Below are positions 17,821-26,848 of a stretch of DNA of 59,351 nt, in pieces. Location of the stretch: the IMG/VR virus record IMGVR_UViG_3300045988_070374. One strand, given 5' to 3'. The stretch comes from a virus. A program made the translations under genes and the position numbers. Position 1 is the stretch's first letter. Each line of letters starts with the position of its first letter. The notes beneath the pieces were generated by a model. It saw only the letters and a list, made by a program, of their open reading frames with translations, was not told the DNA's origin and did not search any database.

Positions 17821-18080
17821 TGTGCATCCCTCCACTCGCTGGTGTGGTGGGCAACACGCTTGATTTTTCGGCATTCTTGCTCGCTGCGTTCGTCCATCTC
17901 CCCGCTAACTGCCAACGCATACAGCAAGATAGCCGTTGCGAGAAGCCCACAGGATACGAACACCCAGCCAAGCATCTGCGCTGTGGTCTGGCATCCTTGA
18001 ATTGCATCGCCACAACCGACTGCTGCGATAGCCGCGACCAGACCGAGCATGGAAAGCACCATACCTTTCAAAGTTTTCAT
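17817..18080 (-). CDS. small membrane protein
   Basis: Two hydrophobic segments. Confidence 0.5.
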   Translation of the reverse strand: MKTLKGMVLSMLGLVAAIAAVGCGDAIQGCQTTAQMLGWVFVSCGLLATAILLYALAVSGEMDERSEQECRKIKRVAHHTSEWRDAQ

Positions 18081-18089
18081 TGGTTCTCC

Positions 18090-18314
18090 TTAGTTCAAAA
18101 TGATGTCAAACATAAACGGTTTGCTTTCGTTTATCACGATTGTTGCGTTCAGAACCTGCGCTATCTTTGCAAGTGTTTCAGTTTTAACACCAGTCTTGTA
18201 CGGTTCTTTGTTCGGACTGGTGATATTGTAAACTGTTTGCTCGGACAACCCGCTCCTGTGAATAAGCTCAAGAGCGCTCATGTTTCGCTTTTTAAGCGCT
18301 GCTTTCAGTGCCAT
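18090..18314 (-). CDS. XRE/Cro-type HTH regulator
   Basis: MSALELIHRSGLSEQTVYNITSPNKEPYKTGVKTETLAKIAQVLNATI. Confidence 0.7.
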   Translation of the reverse strand: MALKAALKKRNMSALELIHRSGLSEQTVYNITSPNKEPYKTGVKTETLAKIAQVLNATIVINESKPFMFDIILN

Positions 18315-18325
18315 CTGTTCTCTCC

Positions 18326-18517
18326 TTAGCTTTTCATTGAATGCCCGAAAATCCAGATGGTTGCCATCAGAGCGCCAATGCCAATGATTGCACGTGTTGC
18401 TTTTACGCCAACCAGAAGATCAATCCGGTGAATCAACCAAAAGTTCAGCAGAAACGCTGCTAGAACCAGTGCTAAGACGATTCCCCAGATCAGAACGATT
18501 TCTACCAGTGCTTTCAT
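18326..18517 (-). CDS. small membrane protein
   Basis: Two hydrophobic segments. Confidence 0.5.
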   Translation of the reverse strand: MKALVEIVLIWGIVLALVLAAFLLNFWLIHRIDLLVGVKATRAIIGIGALMATIWIFGHSMKS

Positions 18518-18597
18518 CTTTGTCCTTTCTATTATGTATGTGTTCCAGCCGGTCTTTCTCCCGGCTGTGCCAGCGGATTTCCCGCTTTCCGTAGTAT

Positions 18598-19023
18598 CTA
18601 CCGTTCATCGGGAGGGTCTACCTTTCCTTGTGCAAGCAAGTCGCTGTAATGCCCATAGCTAATTCCAAGTTCTTTTGCCTTGTCATTTACTTGTTTAAGG
18701 CTGTACTTCGGCTTTTCTTTCGTTGTATTCCCTTCCTGCCTAGATTCATCGGAAGAATCTCTAATGTAGTCTGGGTGTTCCTTCCTCCAGTCTGCGGCCT
18801 GTTTTCGCTTAACGGCGTTTGCACATTCCTTATGATATTTTTGATACTTATACACTTTGCGCATCGGCCTTTTGCACCATTCGCACGGAACAACACCATA
18901 CGGAGCGCGGCGTTCGGTCTGGTTTTCTTTTTGAACCAATATCGCACATTCTTTGCAGTACCGTCTTGTCGGTCTGACCACGCCAAGATACAGGCCGCAG
19001 CGCTCACAGTACTTTTCTTCCAC
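18598..19023 (-). CDS. zinc-finger hypothetical protein
   Basis: YCERCGLYLGV...RYCKECAI; CEWCKRPM...KYHKECAN. Confidence 0.6.
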   Translation of the reverse strand: MEEKYCERCGLYLGVVRPTRRYCKECAILVQKENQTERRAPYGVVPCEWCKRPMRKVYKYQKYHKECANAVKRKQAADWRKEHPDYIRDSSDESRQEGNTTKEKPKYSLKQVNDKAKELGISYGHYSDLLAQGKVDPPDER

Positions 19024-19195
19024 GCTGCATCTCCTCTTTCAGTCTGGCTTCTCTGTTATGCCGTTCAAAGCACTGGTTGATGGACTTCTCCATCCACAGC
19101 ACCTTGTTGGCATCGTTTCTGGACACGCCAGCAGCCATTGCCAGCTTCAGCCTGCGCTTCCGGCTCGGCGCTTTGTAAAAGCACATCACCAGCAC
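19004..19195 (-). CDS. hypothetical basic protein
   Basis: Short ORF bridging its neighbours. Confidence 0.45.
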   Translation of the reverse strand: MLVMCFYKAPSRKRRLKLAMAAGVSRNDANKVLWMEKSINQCFERHNREARLKEEMQRGRKVL

Positions 19196-19560
19196 TCACC
19201 AGCCTTATCTGTGATGAACTTTGGGACTTCCTGACCTGTGGCAACGCACAGCGCAACCAGCTTTTCAACCCAGATGTCGTACAGGCTTTCTTTGGGCATA
19301 TAGCACTGGCCGACACAAGGCTCCTTAAAGCTTTTCCAGATCGTCAGTCCGACAGCGCCATCCGTGACCGTCCATATCATACTGTAACCTTCACTGCACA
19401 GGTTGTACATAATGGCTCGTGCTTTGCTTTTGGCTTTGTTGATTTCAAAGGCATCCCAGCACTTTTTGCTTTCCTCGTAGGCCTCAACCGCAGCGTCAAT
19501 GGCAAACTTGGCTTCATCAGGGTGCTCAAGGTCTACCTTTAAGGTGATGATCTGTTCCAT
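19186..19560 (-). CDS. hypothetical protein
   Basis: 124-aa ORF directly downstream of the antirepressor. Confidence 0.6.
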   Translation of the reverse strand: MEQIITLKVDLEHPDEAKFAIDAAVEAYEESKKCWDAFEINKAKSKARAIMYNLCSEGYSMIWTVTDGAVGLTIWKSFKEPCVGQCYMPKESLYDIWVEKLVALCVATGQEVPKFITDKAGECW

Positions 19561-19562
19561 GT

Positions 19563-20321
19563 TCAGTCCTCCGCTTTCTGGGTTTTCTTTGCTTTCAAGA
19601 AGAGGTTTACGAAGTAGACTTGGCCACGACCGGAAATCTTTGGAGTGCGGTTGATAGAAATGTGGTCGCTGTGCTGAATCGTGGTTTCTTTGATTTCAAA
19701 CAGCCCCATCTCCATACTACGCTGCGTAGGCAAGTTGTAGTCGCTTCGTTTCGGTTCTTTAATGAGGTAGCCGTTCTTTCGCATCCAGTCGAACAAGCGG
19801 TTCTGTCCGATGTTAATGCCATTTTGCGAAAGCAGCTTTGCAAGCTCACCAACGAGAATGGATTTTTTGCTTGCTGAAACTGCGTCAGCAAAAAGCGCTT
19901 TCGGCTTCATGGTTTCAATCTGCTTGTCCTTCTCTTCCAGCTCCTCATGCGCTGCGATCAGTGCAGTTGCAAGGAGCTGCGAGCGGGTAAGCTGCGGTTT
20001 TTCAGCCAGCTTCTTTTCCATTTCGTTGAACGCTGCAATGTACTTCAGTTTCCATTCGAGAGCAGCCTTTCCGGTGAAACCCATAGCCAGCAGGGTGAAG
20101 CCGTCACGGTTCATCAGATACATGGGGTAGCTCTGGCCGTTCTGCTCATGGACGTACTCGGTCTTGTAGAACATGGGGGTGTCCCCATTTTTGGGGAGAC
20201 CCCTCATAATGTCTTCGATGTCACGCATCACATGGTCATGACGCTTCTCGAAGCTATCTGCAATCTGACGGCTGGAAACCACAGGCTCGCCATTTTGCAT
20301 GGATAAAATAATGTCGTTCAT
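19563..20321 (-). CDS. Rha-family phage regulatory protein/antirepressor with C-terminal KilAC-like domain
   Basis: EPVVSSRQIADSFEKRHDHVMRDI ... YLMNRDGFTLLAMGFTGKAALEWKLKYIAAFNEME; RLFDWMRKNGYLI. Confidence 0.9.
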   Translation of the reverse strand: MNDIILSMQNGEPVVSSRQIADSFEKRHDHVMRDIEDIMRGLPKNGDTPMFYKTEYVHEQNGQSYPMYLMNRDGFTLLAMGFTGKAALEWKLKYIAAFNEMEKKLAEKPQLTRSQLLATALIAAHEELEEKDKQIETMKPKALFADAVSASKKSILVGELAKLLSQNGINIGQNRLFDWMRKNGYLIKEPKRSDYNLPTQRSMEMGLFEIKETTIQHSDHISINRTPKISGRGQVYFVNLFLKAKKTQKAED

Positions 20322-20341
20322 TTTTAATCCTTTCTTATGAC

Positions 20342-20569
20342 TTACTGCTTGTCCCTCACAAGTAAAGCGTCTACCGACACACGGAAGTAATCAGCAACTT
20401 TCACAAGCTGTCGAATGCTCGGCCCATTTGCGGAGCGTTCCCACTTGCCCAGTGCGCCGTTGCTTAAACCAGCGGCTACTTCCAAGTCAGTACGAGACAG
20501 ACCATGTAACTTGCGAAACTCGTCGATTTTAGAAAGATTCACTAGCCATTCTCCTTTCTGGGCTTGCAT
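20342..20569 (-). CDS. Cro/CI-type HTH regulator
   Basis: EFRKLHGLSRTDLEVAAGLSNGALGKWERSANGPSIRQLVKVADYF. Confidence 0.8.
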   Translation of the reverse strand: MQAQKGEWLVNLSKIDEFRKLHGLSRTDLEVAAGLSNGALGKWERSANGPSIRQLVKVADYFRVSVDALLVRDKQ

Positions 20570-20727
20570 TTTACTAGAAAATATGCTACTATGTAGTTGC
20601 GAAGTACAAAGTGAACATTTTCTAGCGACTTCCCGATAGATTTGTCAGGGGTCTTAGTTTTTGTTTGCCCTATGCTTCATATTATACTAGCCAAGTGGCT
20701 ATTTTTCAATAGTCAATTTTCAATTTT
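20570..20727. promoter_or_regulatory. Divergent promoter/operator region between two HTH regulators (genetic-switch candidate)
   Basis: AT-rich, AGCCA-AG-TGGCT inverted repeat and a repeated TGGCTATTT motif between divergent HTH genes. Confidence 0.6.
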
Positions 20728-21090
20728 GTGAACATTTGGCTATTTGCACAAAAAGAGAGGTCTTTTTCTATGCGCAATGTGGAGCGAGCCAAAAGAATCG
20801 CTGCCGACAAGGGTGTCAATATATCCTTTGTGTGCAGAGAAATCGGAAAAAGCAGAGGTTATATCTCTCAAATGCTTACTACCGACAGGGATTTTCCAGA
20901 TGAAATGCTTTCGCCAGTAGCCAACGCGCTAGGCGTTACAGTTGAAGAACTGACTGGCAACCAAAAAGAAAACCCGCCCCAGCAGCCGCAAATTGAAGTT
21001 GACGCGGATATTAAATGGATTGAGCAGAAGCTAGTAGAGATGCCGAAAGAAAAGCGTGAAGCTTTGATGAAGCTTATTAAAACGATGTGA
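20728..21090 (+). CDS. HTH repressor-like regulator
   Basis: RAKRIAADKGVNISFVCREIGKSRGYISQMLTTDRDFPDEMLSPVANALGVTVEELTG; start may be at 20770. Confidence 0.75.
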   Translation: MNIWLFAQKERSFSMRNVERAKRIAADKGVNISFVCREIGKSRGYISQMLTTDRDFPDEMLSPVANALGVTVEELTGNQKENPPQQPQIEVDADIKWIEQKLVEMPKEKREALMKLIKTM

Positions 21091-21584
21091 AGGGGATGCC
21101 AATGAAAGGAACGGGCTTAGATAAGGCAGTTTTCTTTGGCGGCATTGGACTGCTTGTTTTTTCTTGCAGCCTGCATGGGACACCCAGTGCTATTGTTGGT
21201 ATTGCTGGAATTGTTCTTTGCTGTTACAAGTGGCAGGCCTGCTTTGGCACAAAAGCAGAAAGAAAAGCCAAAAAAGAAGCACAAAAAGTTCAAGCAGAAA
21301 TGGAAGCGGCGCAGGAAAGAGAAGAAATCAGGGCTGCGCATAACCCTGTAAAAGCAAAAATTATTGTTTCCAACACTAGCAAAAAGGCAGGGAGTGCTGC
21401 CATCCGTACTGCCATTGGCAGTTCAATTGCTGGATTGCCCGGTGCTGTTTACGGTGCAGCATCCGCAAAATCTAAAACCAGCGTCACATTTTATGTGACG
21501 TATGAAGATGGGCATCACGGAAGTGAAACTGTAAATTCCGATTCTAGCCAGTTCTTAAAACTGATGAAAGTCTGTAAGGATTGA
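21087..21584 (+). CDS. predicted membrane protein
   Basis: N-terminal hydrophobic pair; KRKAKKEAQKVQAEMEAAQE linker. Confidence 0.6.
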   Translation: MKGMPMKGTGLDKAVFFGGIGLLVFSCSLHGTPSAIVGIAGIVLCCYKWQACFGTKAERKAKKEAQKVQAEMEAAQEREEIRAAHNPVKAKIIVSNTSKKAGSAAIRTAIGSSIAGLPGAVYGAASAKSKTSVTFYVTYEDGHHGSETVNSDSSQFLKLMKVCKD

Positions 21585-21596
21585 CCCGGTACAAAT

Positions 21597-21644
21597 AAAA
21601 CCCCTTGCGCCGGGCTTTCGGTAGCCTTATGCGCAAGGGGTTTT
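21597..21644 (+). terminator. Rho-independent terminator
   Basis: AAAACCCCTTGCGC ... GCGCAAGGGGTTTT inverted repeat. Confidence 0.85.
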
Positions 21645-21938
21645 GTCATGCATTGGTTATTGCTTCTTTTGCCGCCGGAATCTTCTCAGGGTGTTCCAGC
21701 AGCCATGCAATAAATCGGTCAATCTTGGCTCTTTCCTGTTCACTCATTGTGGCATATCCTCCCGATCGGTAAATGCAGATGTTCATTTGATACGATTATA
21801 CATCTTCTAGTTGTTAAGTCAATGTCTTTTGAACAACTTTGTAAAAATCGAACGTTTTCTTCACATCCATTACTTCACATCAGGGAAGCCACGAGTGTTC
21901 AAGTCAAAAGGGGCAACGCCTATCCATCTTTCCTCCAA

Positions 21939-22160
21939 TCACAGCTCTACGAGCTGTCCGTCAATGCGTTCGATGTTGTCTGCCGGGTCGCGCCCATCGT
22001 CTAAGGCGGCTATGGCGCGTTCCAGAACGCCTTTTGCTTCGAGGTAAGCATCTTTATCAGCCTCGTACCCAGAAAGGCTCAGGACAAGCTCCAGCGTCCG
22101 TCTGCGAGCGTATGGGACAATCAGAGCATCTACGGTTCGGTTCATTAGCTTTCCTCCCAC
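21939..22160 (-). CDS. small hypothetical protein
   Basis: MNRTVDALIVPYARRRTLELVLSLSGYEADKDAYLEAKG... Confidence 0.5.
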   Translation of the reverse strand: MGGKLMNRTVDALIVPYARRRTLELVLSLSGYEADKDAYLEAKGVLERAIAALDDGRDPADNIERIDGQLVEL

Positions 22161-22386
22161 GGTTCAGGTGTGTGCGGCTTCCCATCGGGAACACTGGCAG
22201 GCATTCCGTCGATGATCGGCATACGTTCATGGTTCCAGATTACAGTTTCTTTCATTTTTGTTCCACTCCTCTTTGGAATTTTTTGACAATACAGTTATAT
22301 CACATCTCGCTGTTTCAATGAAATAGCGACTTTTTTCAATTATTGTTTCACATTTTGAACAATATATCAGTTAAATTCCTTTACAT

Positions 22387-23010
22387 TTGTATCATTTTGT
22401 CGAAAGAGGGGTATTTATGGATGATTATAGGATACGAGTGGCAAAAGCGTTAGAGATGGCAAGAGCAGAATCCGGACTTAGCCAACAGAAGCTTGCGGAC
22501 AAAATGGGTGTAGGCCGGACATCCATTTTTCGTTATGAGCAAGGGACAATGACTCCAGATGCTTCTACTATCATAAAGTGGTTCGTGTGCTGCGGTGTTG
22601 CGGTCAAGCCGTACATAGACACTTGTTTGCATCCCGGATTATTGGAAAGTCTGGCTGGCGATGCCAGTACCGAGAGAAAGAGAGATACGCTGATAGAGCA
22701 TATCAAAGAAGCCCATTCGCAAGAAATCGACCTGCTGTGCTATCTGATCTATGGCAATCACGGCTCAGATTACCTTGCCGTTCTGTGCGAAATGGTAGCA
22801 AACCTTCACACGACTTTGCGTGATCGTGTGTCCGTCTGCCGCACCGTCACAGGTCATTATGAAATGGCGCAGGCAACCAAAACTGACCCAGACCCAGACG
22901 GAACACAACCCAATATGCAGATTTTATATCAGGCACAGGACTGTGGGGAAGCTGCGGCCATGAAGCGAAACGATTCGTATACCATCAACGAAGAAAACAT
23001 TTTGCGCTGA
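22387..23010 (+). CDS. XRE-family repressor-like HTH protein
   Basis: ALEMARAESGLSQQKLADKMGVGRTSIFRYEQGTMTPDASTIIKWFVC. Confidence 0.8.
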   Translation: MYHFVERGVFMDDYRIRVAKALEMARAESGLSQQKLADKMGVGRTSIFRYEQGTMTPDASTIIKWFVCCGVAVKPYIDTCLHPGLLESLAGDASTERKRDTLIEHIKEAHSQEIDLLCYLIYGNHGSDYLAVLCEMVANLHTTLRDRVSVCRTVTGHYEMAQATKTDPDPDGTQPNMQILYQAQDCGEAAAMKRNDSYTINEENILR

Positions 23011-23052
23011 TTGTCGAATTATCGCAGTTTTTGCGGAACATTTTGTCCTCGT

Positions 23053-23575
23053 TCATCCACTTTTTGTACACGTTTCATGCAGATTAGGTATACCTTTACC
23101 TTGTCAATCCGTCCCCCATAGGCTGTAAATCGACAACATTCGCGCGGAATAAATAACGTATTATCGTTAATCTATTGCTTGCGATTTGTCGGCTTGTCAA
23201 TCTGTCCCCCATAGCATTGAATTAAAAGTTTTCTCATCCACTTTTTGTACACCTATCCACAATCTGTCCACGTTTGACACGGATAATGGAAGGTTGCTTC
23301 ATCGCCGATACAGTCTTATTCAGCAATTGACAGCTTGAATTATCAACAAACTGGAATGGAAAAATAAAGAAATTGTTGAAAATTATCGTCATCGACTATT
23401 TAACGATGATATTTAACCTCTTGTTTATTTCTTGTTTAATATATAATATGTAGATGGGGGACGAAATGACAAAGCATGGGGGACTTTTTGACAAGTCATG
23501 GGGGACAAAATGACGAGGATATGGGGGACAAAAAGACAAGTCATGGGGGACGAAAATAGTTGACACGTCCCCCTA
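23053..23575. other. Putative plasmid replication origin (oriV) with iterons
   Basis: Direct iterons ATGGGGGAC at 23454, 23476, 23498, 23521, 23543; inverted copies at 23111, 23204, 23567; 19-bp repeat TCATCCACTTTTTGTACAC at 23053 and 23234; DnaA-box-like CTATCCACA at 23253; AT-rich stretch about 23340-23453. Confidence 0.85.
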
Positions 23576-23588
23576 CTTGTGGTATACT
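23560..23588 (+). promoter_or_regulatory. rep gene promoter overlapping an inverted iteron
   Basis: TTGACA (23560-23565), 17-bp spacer, TATACT (23583-23588); inverted half-iteron GTCCCCCT at 23567-23574 in the spacer. Confidence 0.8.
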
Positions 23589-23617
23589 GTTTTCAGACCA
23601 TTAAAGGAAGTGAGCAG

Positions 23618-24712
23618 ATGCCAAAAATATCAGACAATAACCTTGTCGAGAAAAGCAAGTCCCTTGTTTGGGCGAAGTTCAGGGACTACACCGCAGGAGA
23701 ACTTCGGCTGTTGGAGGTTTACCTATCAAGAATAAATCCGAGAGACCCAAGCAGTAGCCGTGTGGAGTTCACTTTGGCGGAATATAGGGAGCTTCTTGGG
23801 CTGAAAAGCCTTGATGCAAGAAGGATTGAGCCGCAGATCAAGCACTTTCTTGGCAATACGGTGTCGATTCCAATTGACAAGGAGAAAGGCACGTTTGAAA
23901 GCTTTGTCTTGTTTACGAGGGCAAAACTGGACTATGTGCCCGAAACAAGGTCTTACGTTGTAGCAATCACCTGCAACCCTGACCTGCGCCCTATCTTCTT
24001 TGACATAGCCGAAAGCGGATATGTTCGGTATCGGCTGCGTTACACGTCACGGATGAAGTCACAGTATAGCATCTTGCTTTACTCGATTCTTCGGGACTGG
24101 TTGAATATGGACAACAAACCGCATGAAATCAGTCTGAAGAAGTTGAGAGAGCAGCTCGGTGCGATGGAAGCCAGCTATGACGTTTACAAGAACCTTCGCA
24201 AGCGAGTGCTTGACGTTGCGGTGGATGAAATCAATGCTGTGTCTGACATTGTTGTGACCTACGAACCAGTCCTTGTGGCACGAAAGGCTGTGGCAGTCAA
24301 GTTTAAACCAAAAATTAAAGCGTCTGAGACGTTGATTGAAGCACAGGCAAGCGAAGTGTTGACCGAACCTCAAAAAGCCGCCAGAAAGCCCCGCAGAAGC
24401 GGATATGAGGATTTCGACTGGTCTGTGTGTGACGAACTGGAAAAGCAGGACTGCATTGACGTGGCGAAGGTAGTTGAGAAGTGGATGAAGAAAGAGCATC
24501 CTGAAATCAAGCTGCCAAGACGCAGAGAAGCTGTCTACGACACGGTGAAGGCTGCATACAATGACATCTTGTCTTTGGACAGGTCTCCGTTCCCGGACAG
24601 ACCTGTTGGTTATCTGATTAGAAGCGTGGACAAGGCGGGTATCGTAGACAGGTATATGCCAGCGTTCTATTCCATTGAAGCCTTGCAAGAGCAGCCAGAT
24701 GTAGCACATTAA
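23618..24712 (+). CDS. rep: plasmid replication initiator protein, Rep_3/RepB superfamily
   Basis: MPKISDNNLVEKSKSLVWAKFRDYTAGELRLLEVYLSRINPRD ... SQYSILLYSILRDWL winged-helix pattern; adjacent iterons. Confidence 0.9.
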   Translation: MPKISDNNLVEKSKSLVWAKFRDYTAGELRLLEVYLSRINPRDPSSSRVEFTLAEYRELLGLKSLDARRIEPQIKHFLGNTVSIPIDKEKGTFESFVLFTRAKLDYVPETRSYVVAITCNPDLRPIFFDIAESGYVRYRLRYTSRMKSQYSILLYSILRDWLNMDNKPHEISLKKLREQLGAMEASYDVYKNLRKRVLDVAVDEINAVSDIVVTYEPVLVARKAVAVKFKPKIKASETLIEAQASEVLTEPQKAARKPRRSGYEDFDWSVCDELEKQDCIDVAKVVEKWMKKEHPEIKLPRRREAVYDTVKAAYNDILSLDRSPFPDRPVGYLIRSVDKAGIVDRYMPAFYSIEALQEQPDVAH

Positions 24713-24728
24713 GCAGAAAGGAGAAGGC

Positions 24729-25103
24729 ATGAGACTGATTGACGCAGATGAATTTTATCAGCAAGAATGGATTCGCTGCGGAATGTATGAGCCGATGATT
24801 GGTGTCGATAAAGTCTATGACAACAAAGAAACATCATACAGAACATTACGAAGTAGGTTAAATAAAGTTCGAGAAGTCGATGATCTTAGTATTGCAAGAT
24901 GGATAAATGTAAAAGACCGTTTACCAGAAAAATTAATCGATGTTCTTGTGCTAGACGGAAACTGCAAAAAAATAGCCTATCTAAGTGATGGAAGAATTTG
25001 CTCAGATTCATGGAAAATAAATTATATCGATAAATTTGGCGAAAGAGAAACACTAAACGGGGTGACGCATTGGATGCCGTTACCAGAACCACCGAAAGAA
25101 TAA
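24729..25103 (+). CDS. MRLIDAD-type protein with DUF551 domain
   Basis: MRLIDADEFYQQEW ... WINVKDRLPEKLIDVLVL ... VTHWMPLPEPPKE. Confidence 0.8.
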   Translation: MRLIDADEFYQQEWIRCGMYEPMIGVDKVYDNKETSYRTLRSRLNKVREVDDLSIARWINVKDRLPEKLIDVLVLDGNCKKIAYLSDGRICSDSWKINYIDKFGERETLNGVTHWMPLPEPPKE

Positions 25104-25118
25104 AGAAAGAGTGATAAA

Positions 25119-25358
25119 ATGGCAAAAATTCCCTACTCCGTTCTGAATAAAGCAGAACTTGACCTTGAAAAGAAGTTTGATTATCAGTTTCAGTTCAATC
25201 ATCATGGAAATCAGGCTTCTGTAAGGGTTTTGCCGCAGAAAAGCTATAGCGAACTAACGCCTGACGAAGCGATTGAAGCCGGGAAAGCTTTGATCGAAGC
25301 TGGTAAAGCAGCGAAAGAGTTCGTTTACAACGGATATTTTATAGACTGGGGAGAATAA
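25119..25358 (+). CDS. hypothetical protein
   Basis: 79-aa ORF between rep and parA. Confidence 0.6.
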   Translation: MAKIPYSVLNKAELDLEKKFDYQFQFNHHGNQASVRVLPQKSYSELTPDEAIEAGKALIEAGKAAKEFVYNGYFIDWGE

Positions 25359-25360
25359 AA

Positions 25361-26140
25361 ATGGCAAAAATCATAGCTGTTGCCAACCAGAAGGGCGGCA
25401 CAGGAAAAACCACCACAAGCACCTGTCTGGCTGGTGCGTTGCAGTTGCTTAGCAAGAAAGTCCTGCTGGTGGATTGCGATGCCCAGTGCAACGCAACGGA
25501 CACCTACGGCGCACAGACAGAGGACGTATGCACCCTGTTTGATGTGATGACCCGGCAAGGAACGGTAGAGGAAGGAATCCAGCACTGCGAAGCTGGCGAC
25601 ATTCTTCCGTCCGACAACGCATTGAAGGACATTGACGAGCAGCTTGTCCGGGACATGGGCAAGAACTTCCGGCTACGAGAAGCCCTTGAAAGCGTGTCTG
25701 AGCAGTATGATTACATTGTGCTGGACACTCCCCCGCAGCTTGGTCTTGCGCTTGTGAACGCACTGATTGCCGCCAACAGCATCATCGTTCCCATCACAGC
25801 AGACCGTTACGCACTGGCTGGTTTGAGCCAGCTTTCGCAGACCATCGGCGATGTTCGCAGATACTTCAATCCGACTTTGAAGATTGAAGGATTGCTCCTG
25901 AACCAGTACAAGAGCCGTGAGAACTTGTCCAAAGAGGTCGTTGAGCAGCTTCCTGTGATTGCACAGAACATGGGGACAACCCTTCTGGACGTGAAGATTA
26001 GACCGTCTATGGGCGTTCGTAAGGCGCAGGCAGAGCGGCACAGCCTGTTTAGCGGTGACACGGCAAAGAGCACCAGCGCAGAGGATTTCAAGGCGTTGGC
26101 GAAGAAAATTGTAGAGGAGGATAAAAATGGAAAGCTTTGA
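25361..26140 (+). CDS. parA: ParA-family plasmid partition ATPase
   Basis: AVANQKGGTGKTTTSTCLAGAL; LLVDCDAQCNAT; YIVLDTPPQLG. Confidence 0.96.
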   Translation: MAKIIAVANQKGGTGKTTTSTCLAGALQLLSKKVLLVDCDAQCNATDTYGAQTEDVCTLFDVMTRQGTVEEGIQHCEAGDILPSDNALKDIDEQLVRDMGKNFRLREALESVSEQYDYIVLDTPPQLGLALVNALIAANSIIVPITADRYALAGLSQLSQTIGDVRRYFNPTLKIEGLLLNQYKSRENLSKEVVEQLPVIAQNMGTTLLDVKIRPSMGVRKAQAERHSLFSGDTAKSTSAEDFKALAKKIVEEDKNGKL

Positions 26141-26276
26141 CGTTATTGCAAGCGTTTTGAGACGTTTGAAAAATTATATGAAAACAGACATCGAAGAATT
26201 TGAAACATACCGCCATGAAGAGCTTAGGAATAGAAAAGACTTAGGCTTACATGTCCAAACGGAGGAAGAAAAGTGA
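26127..26276 (+). CDS. small hypothetical protein
   Basis: MESFDVIASVLRRLKNYMKTDIEEFETYRHEELRNRK..., overlaps the parA end and the next gene start. Confidence 0.5.
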   Translation: MESFDVIASVLRRLKNYMKTDIEEFETYRHEELRNRKDLGLHVQTEEEK

Positions 26277-26845
26277 AATCAACCAGCAAAAAATCCACAG
26301 GTTTGCTTGGCGGATTTGATTTCCAGCCTATTTTTTCGGAACAGGCATTAAGCCGAAGTGAGTCAAAGGAAGAAGAAGTAAGCCAAGCAAAGCCGAACGA
26401 AGCCGAACAAGCACAGATTAAGCCAAGCGAAGCCACAGACAGCCATGCACAGCCTAATGAAGCGCAGTTAAACAGTATTAAGCCGAAGCAAGCCAAAGGC
26501 AGCGAAACACAGCCGAATAACGCCGTAGTAAGCGAAAGCAAGCCAAAGAAGCTGAAACAAGCGAAGGAAGTTCAACGTCTTATCGAACAAGGCGATGTTC
26601 CCGGCGCACTAGCCGAAGCTGGCTTGACAAAGAAAAAAATCCCGATGCCGGAATCGCATCAGGGCGTTGCAAGTGGTGATGGCAAGCGTTCAAAGCGCAT
26701 TACCATCCTTATGAGCGAGGAAGAGCGCAAGTACATCAACCGTGAAGCAAGACGGCACGGAATGACGATTGGACAGTTCGTGTACGCTCTGGCGGTTGCG
26801 GCGGCAGAGGGCAAGGTTGAGTTGGAGGATTTCTTGGAGGATTGA
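26273..26845 (+). CDS. Putative centromere-binding partner of ParA with C-terminal ribbon-helix-helix-like domain
   Basis: Downstream of parA; C-terminus KRSKRITILMSEEERKYINREARRHGMTIGQFVYALAVAA; repetitive KPNEA-type N-terminus. Confidence 0.65.
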   Translation: MKSTSKKSTGLLGGFDFQPIFSEQALSRSESKEEEVSQAKPNEAEQAQIKPSEATDSHAQPNEAQLNSIKPKQAKGSETQPNNAVVSESKPKKLKQAKEVQRLIEQGDVPGALAEAGLTKKKIPMPESHQGVASGDGKRSKRITILMSEEERKYINREARRHGMTIGQFVYALAVAAAEGKVELEDFLED

Positions 26846-26848
26846 CGT

